A stretch of 64,000 nt of DNA, taken from NCBI RefSeq assembly GCF_009914755.1, contig NC_060939.1; one strand, written 5' to 3'. Below the pieces are notes generated by a model. The model saw only the letters and a program-made list of their open reading frames with translations. It did no database searches and was not told the origin of the DNA. Source of the stretch: the human T2T-CHM13v2.0 reference genome, Homo sapiens. The position numbers were made by a program, and so were the translations under genes. Below, one piece after another: positions 16,469 to 34,406 of the stretch; position 1 is the first letter of the stretch, and each line of letters opens with the position of its first letter.

Positions 16469-16832
16469 TGTTGTTATGGAACTAGTCTCCTGCACTAGGC
16501 CCCAGCAGGCCAGACACCAGAATGGAGTCAGTTGTGCTAAGTGCAGTGTCATCAAACTGAACTTTGAAATGGGCCAGTTCCCCTAAAACATTCCATTTAA
16601 TCTGCATCAACCTAAGTAATAAGGAAGTCCCCTCTGCTTTAACCCTGTAGGGAAAGTAACTTTGACATGATCAGTCCGTGTTTTGTTCTGTTTCTGCTTT
16701 CTGCCGCTCTTCTCTGCCTGCAAAGCCAACCTCCTGTGCTCAGCTCATTTTATAGGATGAGGTGTTGCTCACTTCTAGAATTGCAAATAAAAGCCAATTA
16801 GATCTTTAAGTTTGTGCTTCTGTCTTTTGACA
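16469..16832 (+). mobile_element. ERV1-class solo LTR, family uncertain
   Basis: TG...CA ends; CCAGAATGGAGTCA..GTGCTAAG..ATCAAACTGAACT; AATAAAAGCCAATTAGATCTTTAA near the 3' end. Confidence 0.65.
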
Positions 16833-17244
16833 AAGGTTCACAACTTCTCCAGCCCTCCACGAAGAAGCTGGAAGGAGCAGGGTGCACAGGCTCTTTGAAG
16901 ATGCTGAGTGAGGTCCCAGGGCACCCACAGGAGCTGCCACCTCAGCTCAGGGGACACAGCTACTCTGAGCCCCTTTGCTCATGGGGGAAAGGGCGGGGGA
17001 AGCATGCTATCCCGCCCCCGCTCCCTACCCCAAAAAAGCTGCTTTGTCTTCAGAGGACCAGGAGTCCTGATTGGGCAGCCTCTGCCGGGAATGAAATGCA
17101 TGTCCTTCGCACTTCCACTCCCGTTCTATTTTCAGGCTGATTTATAACTAAAACGTGAAATAAGTGCTAGGAAAGCATTTAGCATTGTCTGACACTGCCT
17201 CAGCACACTCAGTTTCCTCTCTCTTCTTCATCAGAATCTCTGCC

Positions 17245-17580
17245 CGGCCAGGCAGCAGGCGCTGACTCTCGCACTGTCCGGTTCGAAGAGCTGTTTTCTG
17301 CAGGTACTTGCAGTAGCAGCTGGCCTGGGACCCACCCCCGGGCAAAGTCCGCTCCGGAGTCTGTCACTTCCCGGCGCGGGCCACCCAGCCCCTGGCGCCC
17401 TGGCGCTCAGCGCTCCGCGGGCGCGCCCTCTGGCGGCAAGAGCCCTGAACATTTCGCAAGCGGCGAAGGCTGGCGCGTGTTATCCTGGGCACCCACCGGA
17501 CCGAATCGCTGGGCAGGGCTGCAAGGTGACTTGCTAACGCAATCAGACCAGAAAGGAGCGCGCGTCTAACTAAGCGGGGG
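17245..17580. promoter_or_regulatory. Small non-repeat CpG island-like element
   Basis: 32 CpG counted by hand in ~335 bp, against a CpG-poor background. Confidence 0.8.
17423..17437 (-). promoter_or_regulatory. CTCF core motif (reverse)
   Basis: Minus strand GCCGCCAGAGGGCGC, near-perfect, inside the CpG island. Confidence 0.75.
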
Positions 17581-17671
17581 AGGGGAGAAGCATGTTCATA
17601 TTTTGTAAAATGCAAGTGGCACCTCTCCCCATTTTCCTCAAAATTTTATTCTGAAAAACTTTAGTACTTAA

Positions 17672-18128
<457 letters not shown>

Positions 18129-18294
18129 CCATCTTATTTTTCAGATGCATTTCAAAAAGTAAATTGCAGACATTAGAACACTTCCCCCTAAATATCAGCC
18201 TTCAGCTTTTAAAGAAACAAATTGAAGAGATTGCTAATATTTATTTTGTTATAGTAGAATTCTTTTTTCACATGGTGTTCTTAAAACCCTTTGA

Positions 18295-18962
<668 letters not shown>

Positions 18963-19262
18963 TGCTTTGTCCATTTTCTAATGGAGCTATTCGTGTTTTT
19001 ATTATTGAGTTGTTTCAGTGTGGGTATTAGTTAGGAGATAGGGGGTTGGCTGAATTAGTTCACCATCTGAGCTATCTGGAGATAGATGGGTCACAGAACA
19101 CTGTCCCTCCTCTTAAAAAATCAGATTTTTAAGACATTATACAATCTCAGGTAGGTCAAAATTCAAGTAAGGCAAATTGGAGTAGGATGCTCCAAGCCTC
19201 ACTAGCCCTGTGGAGAAAGGCTCTCTGGCTGTGTAATCTTGAGTAATATTTAACTTTTGTGA

Positions 19263-19614
<352 letters not shown>

Positions 19615-20038
19615 GCATGTGCTCTTTATGTGAGTCTAAGATGGTAAGGGCAGCAACTCGCCCTTGCTGAGCACCTTCCTCGTGCCAGGGGCTGGAGCAG
19701 GTGCTGCATGGGGGAGGCATGCTATCCCACCCCCCTCCCCCAGAATCAACAGGAGCCATTGCTCTTCTTTTTCACATCTGGAGGCTCAGCTCCAGCTCTC
19801 AGGGATGGCAGACTCAGGTCTCATGAAGGAAATTCACACTTGCATCATCAGAGTAACCAAAACCACTTCAGATTCATGATGGATGAAGGGCAGGATGACA
19901 CATCCAGCTCTGACTTGGTCATCAGATGCAACAGGGATACTTTAGGATGTTTCTGCAGCATCTGCTGTGACAGGAAACCTGGGAGGCAGAGTTTCCTGCT
20001 CCAGTATTTTGTCTCTTCATGAGGGATGGCGTGGAGGC

Positions 20039-20360
20039 AAAGATGGCAGCTCTTGAGGAAGGCACTGGCTCACAAGATGGTGGCTCTTGGGGAAGACACT
20101 GCCTCACTTACAAGATGGCAGCTCTTGGGGAAGACACTGGCTCACAAGATGTTGGCTCTTGGGGAAGACACTGGCTCACTTACAAGATGGCAGCTCTTGG
20201 GGAAGACACTGGCTCACAAGATGGTGGCTCTTGGGGAAGACACTGGCTCACTTACAGGATGGCAGCTCTTGGGGAAGACACTGGCTCACAAGATGTTGAC
20301 TCTTGGGGAAGACACTGGCTCACAAGATGGTGGATCTTGGGGAAGACACTGGCCCACTTC
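20039..20360 (+). repeat. Minisatellite: 9 units of 34/38 bp with higher-order 72/144-bp structure
   Basis: Unit CAAGATG(GCA/GTG/TTG)GCTCTTGGGGAAGACACTGGCTCA(+CTTA); starts at 20039, 20073, 20111, 20145, 20183, 20217, 20255, 20289, 20323. Confidence 0.97.
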
Positions 20361-20747
20361 TGCATCTAGCCTCTTGGAAGGAAGGGGCAGAAGAGGAGGT
20401 CTGGTGGATGTACACAGAGAGTGAACATACAGTGGCCCTGTGCACTAGCAAACACGACTCTGCCGGTGGCCTGGAACGGAATGGGACTCCATAAGACCCC
20501 CGTTTCCACTCTTAAGTGAGGAGTGTGTAGGGAAATGTACAGGTGTTTTCTCTGCTCCCTGCAGGCTGTTTCTACTGCCTCTTGTCAGCCCAGCCTGGGT
20601 TTAACTCAGCAGTTAGTTCATTCATCTGTTCATCCATTCTCAAACATTTATGGCACATTTCCTCTGTGTCAGTGTTGTTTCAGCCACTGGGGTTTCAAAC
20701 CCTCGGTCAGTCCCAATATCCTCACCATCAAGGAACAGAGAAGACAG

Positions 20748-21579
<832 letters not shown>

Positions 21580-22416
21580 ATGTGCAAGCAGATATTTGTA
21601 TATTTGAGTACTCTGTGAAGCTGGATTTTAAAAGCTGTCCCAGTATCTTCAATGTCTGGCCAGATATTAAAAGTCACTATGAGATGGGCTCTTTTGTTTC
21701 CTGAAGAGCCACTTGGGTAGCTCCTATCAATATGCAAGGGGAGGAACGGTAGATAATCCTTTCCTGGGAACAGAGGCTAACAGGATGCTTTATCTGGCTC
21801 TTCAAGGCTGCTTCTCCCCTCCAAGTGCAAGGGGATGTGGCTGGGGGAGGTGGCGGGAGTTGGAGAATGCATCGACTTGCATTAGAAGCCTAGAGGCCTT
21901 GTGGAAGGAAAAGGACTGATATTCCAACCCCTGTCTGGAATTAAAAGATCAGGAAACCTGTAGGAGTATAGAACACTTGGTCCTGAGCAAGGCCCTATGA
22001 GAGGAAAGGACGCCAAGGGCCTTGGAGTACAAACTCACTGTGAGGGAAGGTGAGATGGTGACCCTTGGATTTGTGAGAAGACACGGAGCCGGCTCTGAAT
22101 GTGGCTGTGGTTGGGGATCCAGGCATGTCCTGTGCTTTAGGCAGAGTTTGTGCCTATGAACTAGGAAGAATAACTTGAAGTTCCAGTGTAGAACACTACT
22201 CTTGATTGTACAGATCTGGGCCAGCAAGGGTCTTAGCTGGAAGGAGGCAAGGGGGCTTTGGGCTACGCTGGGACAGTGTTCAGAGTGATGGTACAGAAGC
22301 CACTGTGTGAATTGGCCAATTGAACTCATTGGTTTGCCTCTCTTTTCTTCCTTTCCTTTCTTTTTCTTTCTCCTCCTTCTACTTTCCTCTCTCTTCATCT
22401 GGTATTGGAAGGTAGA

Positions 22417-22852
22417 ATTTTTGCCAAAGGTGCCAAGAACACTCATTGGGGAAAGGACAGTCTGTTCAATAAATGGTGCTGGGAAAACTGGGTATCCATA
22501 TACAGAACACTGGAACTAGATCTTGATCTCTCACTATTTACAAAAATCAAATCAGAATGGATTAAAGACTTAAATGTAAGACCTGAAACTATGAAACTAT
22601 TAGGCAAAAACATTGGGGAAATGCTCCAGGACATTGGTCTGGGTAAAGATTTCTTGAGTAAGACCTCACAAACACAGGAAACCAAAGCAAAAATGGACAA
22701 ATGGGATCACATCAAACATAAAAGCTTCTGCACAAACGCAAAGAAAACAATCAGGAAAGTGAAGAGACAACCTACAAAAATGGGAGAATATATTTTCAAA
22801 TTGTTCATCTGACAACAAATTAATAATCAGAATATAAGGAACTCAAACGACT
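22417..22852 (+). mobile_element. L1M(A) ORF2 fragment
   Basis: Translates [15 protein letters not shown]...[12 protein letters not shown]1 ORF2p C-terminal region. Confidence 0.92.
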
Positions 22853-22869
22853 CATATATTATTTTATGT

Positions 22870-23795
22870 ATTATTTATATATTAATTGCTGAATACAATT
22901 TCTCAAATCAGTGGCGTTTATAATGTATGTAGATGTACCATAATGACAATAGTGGTAGAAAGGACTAGGCGAGGTTAATGAAACGATAATGTCGCAAGTG
23001 ACTCAAAAGCCAATAGAGGAGTTAAAATAGAATACTAAAAAAGTTTGATTAACCCAAAGGACAGTAGAAAAGAAGGAACAGAGGAACAAAAAAGAGATAG
23101 GACAAATAGAAAACAAATAATAAAATGATAGACCAACATATCAACATTTGCATTAAATGTAAAAGGACAAAACATAACAATTAAAAGACAGAGATTATCA
23201 GGCTGAATAAAAAAGCAATTCCCGTCTTTATGCTCTATAAAGTGTGCCTATAAGGACACCCTTCTAATGTAAAGACACAGATAGTTTAAAAGTAAAAGAA
23301 TGGAAAAGTACATACCATGAAAATAGTAAGTATAAGAAAGCTGGTGTGATTATAACAATATTAGACAAAATAGACCTCAAGGCAAGGAGTATTATGAGAT
23401 ACAATACAGATTATTTTATAATAATAAAAGAACCAAATCAGCAGGAACATACACCCCTTCTATATGCATATGTGACCAATGACAGAACTTCCAAATGTAT
23501 GAAACACAAACTGAGAAGATTAAAGGGACAACTAGGCAAGTCAACGATCCTGGTTGAATATTTTTAACATCCCTTTTTCAGTAATTAATAGAACAATTAG
23601 ACAAAGGCATCAGTAAGAATATAGAATATGTAAATACTATCAGTTACCTGGACCTAATTGCCATTTATAGGAGATTATACCCAAGAACAGAATACACATT
23701 CTTTTCAAATGCACCTGGAATATTTACCAAGTTAGACCATATGCTGGGTGATAAAATAAGTCTTAATAAAATTCAAAAGATTAGGAAAAAAAAAA
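22870..23795 (+). mobile_element. Old L1M fragment (endonuclease region), degenerate
   Basis: Decayed EN motifs (ILDKIDLK, STILVEYF, CACATTCTTTTCAAATGCAC). Confidence 0.8.
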
Positions 23796-25639
23796 AGCTT
23801 AACAGTGCAGGTTGCTGGACTGATATTTAAACAGCTCCCTGGGTCATGATCCCAAAGCTAATGTGGGAGAGCTCTATGACTGGAAATGGACATTTACAAG
23901 TCAGCAGATGATTCCGGCAGCATTTTGCATAGGAGATGAATGGACATCTGGATTCACAGAAGCTGGATTTGAAATAAATTCTCTATGTCGTCCAGCCTGT
24001 CTGTCTCAGTCCCTGAGAATATTTCTGGTAATCTATTTATCACTGATTTGAGAACAAAAGGGGATTAAACTGGCCTGACCCTCGAATTTTCAGCTCCAGA
24101 CTTTCTGGTTCTTCAGCACCTGGGAAGAATATTAACTACTCATAGTAGAATGAATCACGTTGAGATACAATATTAAATAATGTGTTTTATTAAAGGAGCA
24201 CACTGGGTTGTAAAATGTGACACTGAGTATTTCTCTACAAGCAGACTTGAAATCTTGCGATTCTTTCTAAACATGTAAAGCCTGTGATGGGTGCTCCAGA
24301 TGATAACTAGCTCTATATTTCCCAGAGTAGTACCTTTCCAACCCAATCCTTACCCATTTTTCTTATTTTTCTGTGCTTTAATATTATTCCCATAATATGA
24401 TCATATTATCATCAGAGTGACTATGAATAATGCTTTGGCTGTTTTATAATGAAGCTTCTCAACATGATTGATGCTGTGGAAACTGATCATTAAGCTTACT
24501 GGAAATGCATAGAAACAGCTCCTTAGAGTAACTGTAAAGAGGAATTTTATTCCAACACTTGAGCATCACATTCTGTCTTCTTTCTGCTCCAAGTCTCTCT
24601 TTCTCCATCTAATCCACTTACACCCCCACTGAATACAGACTCCTGAGTTATTGTGATAATATGGGAAAGTGATAGCATGGAAAAGTGAGAGTTCAAAGAT
24701 AATTTCCCACCTGGGATCAGGCTGTCTACTACATGAAGAGTACAAAAAGGTGGGAAACAAAAGGGGAGTCTGGATGTCTAATAATTTTTTTTTTTTTTTT
24801 GCAAGAAGCTTTGAAATTTTGCCATGGTGGGTGCAGGATACCCAGAATGTCAGCTCAGCTGTTCAGACCTAGATCTCTTCTCTTAAAGATGCATTACCTG
24901 TAAAGTGACCCCATGGATGCCTTGTGTTTGATTCTTTATCATCCCGGGGCACTGGTGTCTGAGGGGTACCTGTCCCTTCCGTGCCCTTTCTAAGTCTTAC
25001 TCACAGTCATTTGCAATAGCTGTCGTACATATCTTATCACCAGATCTATGAATGTTTCCACATAGGGACACCATTGATATTGTGGTGGCTAATGTATTAT
25101 AAGGGTTATCTTAATTATTCTTTTTTCAGTCAGACACTTTAGTATTGCATAGACCCTATCATTATTGCCATATTAACACAGATCTTCAATAATAGGTCCC
25201 TATTGTTGGGCTCAGGGCCAGGTAATTTACTCAGGTTGATGAGGTGGCATTATTCTCATTTTACACATGAGCAAACAGAGATCTAGTGAATTTAAGTGAT
25301 TTGCCAAAATGCACATAGTAAATTACCAGGTGATCCAGACCCCTGGCTCTTTCTAACACACCAAACTGCCTCAACATGGTAAAATGGGAGTTTGTAAGTT
25401 TGTTGATTATACAAGTCAGTTGATTTGACCTTCCATTAATTATAAGTCATTAACTCCCATCTGGCAATTCAAGCCACAAAATGTTCCAAGATAGGACAGG
25501 AATTTGTAGTGTCTTTAATTTCTGGTATTTGCACATTCGATCATTGTTGATGTGCTCAGTTTCGTTAATCCCTTTGTTACAAATACAGCACACCTTACTC
25601 AGCCCATGAACTCCTGCCACCCTGGACAACTATTTTGAT

Positions 25640-25797
25640 TCACTGGGCCCACTAGGATGATCCAGAATGACCTTCCTTATCCCAGGATCCTTAATTTAAT
25701 CACATCTACAAAAATCTTTTGCCATATAAGATAACACATGCACAGGTTTGGGATGTTAGGATGTGGATATGTTTGAGGGTCGTTATCCTGCCTACCA
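25640..25797. mobile_element. MLT1 fragment
   Basis: GATCCTTAATTTAATCACATCT...TGCCATATAAG...AGGATGTGGA...CTGCCTACCA. Confidence 0.7.
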
Positions 25798-25880
25798 AAA
25801 CTATTCTGCCATCATGGCCAAGCCAGAACTTTATTTTTCATCCTCCCTGCTTAGCACAAGGCTGAGCATGAAGTAGGTTC

Positions 25881-26176
25881 TTTTTTTTTTTTTTTTGAGA
25901 CAGAGTCTTGCTCTGTCACCCAGGCTGGAGTACAATGGCACAATCTCAGCTCACTGCAACCTCTGTCTCTGGGTTCAAGCGATTCTCTTGCCTCATCCTC
26001 CCGAGCAGCTGGGATTTGGGGCACCTGCCACCATACTTGGCTAATTTTTGTATTTTTAGTAGAGATGGGGTTTCATCATGTTGGCCAGGCTAGTCTTGAA
26101 CTCCTGACTTCAGGTGATCCACCTGCCTTGGCCTCCCAAAGTGCTGGAATTACAGGCGTGAGCCACCGCGCCCGGC
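25881..26176 (-). mobile_element. AluS
   Basis: TSD TGAAGTAGGTTCTT. Confidence 0.95.
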
Positions 26177-26257
26177 TGAAGTAGGTTCTTAAGAGGGCTT
26201 GCTGAACTGAAGGGAATTCAGAGAGCTTGAACTTCCTTCTCCAAACCTTTGCTAGTA

Positions 26258-26272
26258 GCACCAGGTGGCGGT
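26258..26272 (+). promoter_or_regulatory. CTCF core motif (forward)
   Basis: GCACCAGGTGGCGGT. Confidence 0.5.
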
Positions 26273-26832
26273 CCTTGGTGCTCACTGTAGGTCACAGCCG
26301 AGTCCCTCTGGCAGACTATGGAGTGGAGTGGAGTGGATGCCTCCAAGGAGTCCTTCCCCTGTTGGGGTGGTGGTGAGGGCAGTGTTGCAGACTGACCGAC
26401 CTCCTCCATACTTTGTTTCTTTGCCAAGGGGTAACCATTTCCATTAAAATCTACCACATGCTTTCAGTGTATCAAATATATATTTGGTTTTGTGCTGTGC
26501 ATGTCTTCAAAAATGGAGAGGAGATCCATGCTGAACAAACTCTGAACCAATCATACGGATTTGCATTCACGTGATGTGCAGCAAATAGAGTTCTAAGGAG
26601 TTCAGGCTGATTTACTGTAGCCCTAGAGAATAGACACATTCCAGAAATATCCCCTCTCCGCTAGCCTCCTCCCAGCTCTCTGAATTGCCTTAGCATCTAT
26701 TCACAACACAGCGGGTGGTGTGGCAGGCTGATTTCCCTGAGGGCTGGGTGGGCAAGAGCAGGTGTTGGCCTGCACCCGGACAGAGGGTGAAGCCCTCCTG
26801 GGCCCCTCCTCTTCCCCCATCCCTGTCCCTGA

Positions 26833-27183
<351 letters not shown>

Positions 27184-27675
27184 TGATGAAATGCTGAAAT
27201 GGAAGCTACATTTAGTAATTTGGGGGTGATTGATTAATATTCATGGAAATGTTTGCATGCAATGCCAAATTAATGTATTTTAAAAGAGATTTATGTACAA
27301 AGTAAATATTTTGACAGAGACATGAAAATAACTGTGAAGGCCATTCCATCTGCTCCTTGTTTATTGCCTGAATATTTACATCACTGCATTGGAAACTCCA
27401 CTGATTCAAGAATTAACGTACAGAAAAAGATTCTGTCTCTTTGTTCTGTGAGTCGGGGGTAAGGAGATGAAACACACAAGTGAGTGCACACAACCCCTAG
27501 AGATTTCCCCCCTTCCTTTTCTCCCCCAGGACTAATGTCACCCTCATTCCCCCAAGACAAGAAACTCTAAGAACGTGTTGCTGTTGTTACTGTCAGGTGC
27601 TGAGGTGGTTATGGTTGTATGGGGAAGGGAATGGCTGCTATTGAGAATCCTCAAATAGGGATAAGTATAGAGTAG

Positions 27676-28902
<1,227 letters not shown>

Positions 28903-29274
28903 TGTACTCAAGGAATTTTATATCTGTAGTGGCCTGAAAGAAAACCCACAGGACTTTTTTGGAATGTCAATGCAATATACATAGGAGAGGGTGGGTAGTC
29001 AGAGAAGGCTTCCAGCAGGCTTCCTGCAACAGGGTGGTTTTGAGGCCAACTTGGGAATGCCAACAAGAGTGAAGAGTCTGGCTTAATAGTTCCAAGCACA
29101 ACGAATTAGGGGAGGCTGCCCCCACCCTCATACTCTGCTAGTTCTCACCTGATTCCTGTGCTTGGTCTCCCCACCAGCTCTCACTGTCAGATCTCAGCTC
29201 AAACACGACCTCCTCTCTGAAGCCTCCTGACGTCTTTGGGCCAACTGACAGGTCCCTTCTCTGCATTGTACATA

Positions 29275-29555
29275 CAGGTCTGCAAACACTTATCTGTAAT
29301 TCTGAACTCCAAAAAGTTGTGAAAACTGAAAGTTTTTTCTTTTTGGTGCTAAAACTCATTTGGTGGCAAATCCTGCCTGAGCCAGCATGAGGCTGTTGCC
29401 TGTCTTTATTTCACTTTACTGCTGGTACATTTTGCTGCAGAAATATGGATGTGATAGATTATGGGTGACATCCTAGATAGTTCCTAAAATCCGACAAATT
29501 CAGAATCCCCAAACTCATCTGGCCCGAGTGTTTCGATGAAGGGCTTGTGGGCCTG
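29275..29555. mobile_element. Tigger-derived MITE (MER46C-like) within an L2 fragment
   Basis: Degenerate TIRs CAGGTCTGCAAACACTTATC and GATGAAGGGCTTGTGGGCCTG. Confidence 0.55.
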
Positions 29556-30103
29556 TGCCTCCCTTGAAACAATTGCTGGGAAGATTTCTGTATTTGGTTG
29601 ACTAGTTTGTCTCCCAAGGAGTCTCTGATTGTAAGAAAGGAGTTTGCATTCTCATTTTTATGTACCACAAGCCCCAAAGTGTGGTCATGCCCCTAAGTGT
29701 GATAAATCTTGGTTGACAGATTATAATTGGAAATATTCACCAAGGGTCTCCCTCTTTCACTGGCACCACCTGGCAGCCATTGTTCAAGAAGGTTGGCAGG
29801 GCAGAGCAGCAGGGGGTGGCTTTGGCCTGCAGACACTCCAGGGCTCGACCAGGTGGACCTAGCAGCGCTCTTCCCCAGGGTCATGGCTTGAAATGAGTAG
29901 GGAGGGGGCCTTGTTAGTGGATGGAGTGTGGATTGATAACACTCTGAGGATAAGATGCTCCCGACCCACCCTGCCCAGACTCAACACCCTCTATGTCCTC
30001 TGGAACTTGGATAAAGTGAGGGTGGGAGACCCTGCATTTATTGATATTAGCTTCTGCTACCCAGTGCAATGGGTAAGCTCTGTATAGAAAATAAAGAAAA
30101 TTG

Positions 30104-30448
<345 letters not shown>

Positions 30449-30644
30449 TCAAATGTGTGAGCTAGAAGCCATAGAAGCCACACAGGCCAGACAAATGAAT
30501 AAAATGATAAAGGAGGACTTCATTTATTTTTAATCCTCAGGAATCTTACTCTCCCATGGATCAGGTGTTGGTTTGTCTTTGTTGTTATATGTGACAATCA
30601 AGGGACCTAGCCATTCCGGCGTTTTTTTGAAGTAAGCATGAGGT

Positions 30645-31113
<469 letters not shown>

Positions 31114-31194
31114 CTACCAAAAACAAAACAAAAAAGCAAAACGAACAAAAAACCTAACCATTGTCTCCCATCCGAAGTCTTGGGATTTGGAGGA

Positions 31195-31226
31195 TGCAGG
31201 ATAATCAATGTTCCACTAGGTGGCAC
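31195..31226 (+). promoter_or_regulatory. CTCF motif (forward) with upstream U-motif
   Basis: Core CCACTAGGTGGCAC at 31213-31226; TGCAG begins 18 bp upstream. Confidence 0.7.
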
Positions 31227-31721
31227 TGATGATCCACATTTGGGGTACCCGGAGTCTGTCTCTACGGCAACAAGTTGACAAATTTATGGGCAGAATTGGC
31301 CTTGTCCTCTGGGGTGTGTGTGTGTGTGTTTGTGTGTATGAAGGAGTTTTTGAGTGTTCAGAAAAGTCTGCTCTGTGCAGAAGGGACCATTGATATGCAA
31401 CTGTCAAAGAGATAGAGAGAAAATCAAGGAAATATTATCATACTGAGCACGGCAATAAGGAACGAGAGAGGAGAAATCACTCCTCCCAATGCAGTAACAA
31501 ACCACCTTGCCGCTTGGACTCTAATGTTCTCTAATGCATGAGGTTAGGAAGCAGGGCTCCGAGGCAAGCAGGGATCCTGGGGCTGGGCTGCAGGCTGGAT
31601 TTGCTTTTGTGCAGGATATTACTGCAGGAGCTCAGCCTGCAGGGAGCTGGGGTTGCTTGAACTATGGATGTTCTAGGGATGTGATGATGGAAAATATTAC
31701 AAATGCCCATACATCTAGTTC

Positions 31722-32327
<606 letters not shown>

Positions 32328-32442
32328 TAAAGTGATGAGATAATTGAAAATAAAAACATTTCTCCAGAAACAAGATTATTGAAATACAAAATTTTCCCAA
32401 CAATTGTTGAAACCTGGCATCTCTAAAATTATATATAATGCT

Positions 32443-33453
32443 TGATATGGTTTAGATCTGTGTCCCTGCTGAAATCTCATGTCGGATAGTAATCCTCAGT
32501 GTTGGAGGTGGGGCCTGGTGGGAGGTGATTGGATCATGGGGGCAGATTTCTCATGAATGGTTTAGCATCATTCTTCAGATGCTGTTGTCATGATAATGAG
32601 TGAATTCTCACGAGATCTGGTCATTTAAAAGTATGTAGCACCTCCCTCTTTCCTCTCTTGCTTCTGCTCCTACCATGTGAGACAACTCACGCTCTCTCCT
32701 CCTTTGCCTTCCGCCATGATTGAAGTAAAAAAAAAAAAAAAAAGAAAAGATGATGTGGTTCCTAGGAGATAGTTAAGTCTTAGCAGGGAACCAAAGATAC
32801 TTTCAGTTCTAAATCCAATGTGTGCTGCTGACTCTTACCCTTCCTGTTATTCAGAAGAGAGAAGGAGGGAGAGTGCAAAGAAGTTCCGCTGTTGATACCC
32901 GAGCATGACATAGCAGCTAGTGTTTTGCTGAATTGTGATGAAGGAATGTTGACAACCTTTTCAAAACTTACAAGGAAAGGGACTCTGTTGGAGGAACTCA
33001 AAGAAAAAAGTATCCATTGAAAGGATAAGTTAGTATTTATATTTTAGTGCAATTGTGTGGAATTGGTTTGGAAATTTACACACTGTCACTGAGGTGACAA
33101 AAAGAAATGTCTTAATTTTCTGTAATTGTTTTATTTCTCACAGTCTTCTACTTGCTCAGTAGACCGAAGTTAGGTTGGAATGGAGAGGACATTGTTTAAC
33201 CATTAACAATGTCTTTGTCTCCTTCAGTCTATATAGTGTATTTTCCATATTTAGATATCCTTTAAATAAATGCTAATTTTCACATTTAAAAAAAAAAAAA
33301 AAAGAAAGAAAGTTTTCTGAGGCTTCCCCAGAAGCAGAAGCTGCTATGCTTCCTGTACAGCCTGCAGCACTGTGAGCCAATTTAACCTCTTTTCTTTATA
33401 AATTACCCAGTCTCAGGTATTTCTTTATACCACTGTGAGAACGGACTAATACA
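32443..33453 (+). mobile_element. MSTA-like MaLR solo LTR, split by an insert
   Basis: TGATATGGTTT...CCGCCATGATTG | AAGTTTTCTGAGGC...GAACGGACTAATACA; 5-bp TSD ATGCT/ATGTT. Confidence 0.9.
32727..33309 (+). other. Retrotransposed non-repeat insert (orphan 3' transduction or truncated retrocopy)
   Basis: A17 at the 5' end, unique body, AATAAA at 33265-33270, A16 from 33288; interrupts a colinear LTR. Confidence 0.8.
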
Positions 33454-33947
33454 ATGTTGATGGTGTAATTTTTTTTCAAATTCTTGATTCTGAAAAATTA
33501 AGAAAAATAGAAACAAATAATTTTGGCAAATTGCATGAATCTATCCTGGGTCTTGCCTTTTTTACCCTTATACCTTACATTTCTTCCAGTTAGGAAGCTG
33601 GGAACCAAGAAAGACACCATCAACCCCACATGTAAGTGGCTATAAAAGAAGTCATGAATGGCAGATGGACATGGGCACTTGTAATAATACATGATGTAAA
33701 AAATTCAAATTATGTTACTGCAGAACAGTTCACACATCAGTGAATAAATGAAATATTAACAAGTAGACATTTTGACTATTCTTTCCACATCCCTAGAAAG
33801 TTTGCATATTCAAATTAACCCCCAAACTTTAAAAAAAATTTAACTTATTGTCATTAGGAAAGGGAGAGATCATTTTATATTTATTTGGTTGTCAGGGAAG
33901 GCTTCTCTCCTTCCTTGTTCTAAGGTAAGAATTTAACTGTTTCTTTA

Positions 33948-34406
<459 letters not shown>

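Noticed and set aside
20019-20494. Repetitive ORFs in three frames, and a superficial CRISPR-like look
   Set aside because: Open frames follow from a stop-poor unit with a 72-bp period. There are no unique spacers or cas genes, and the DNA is human.
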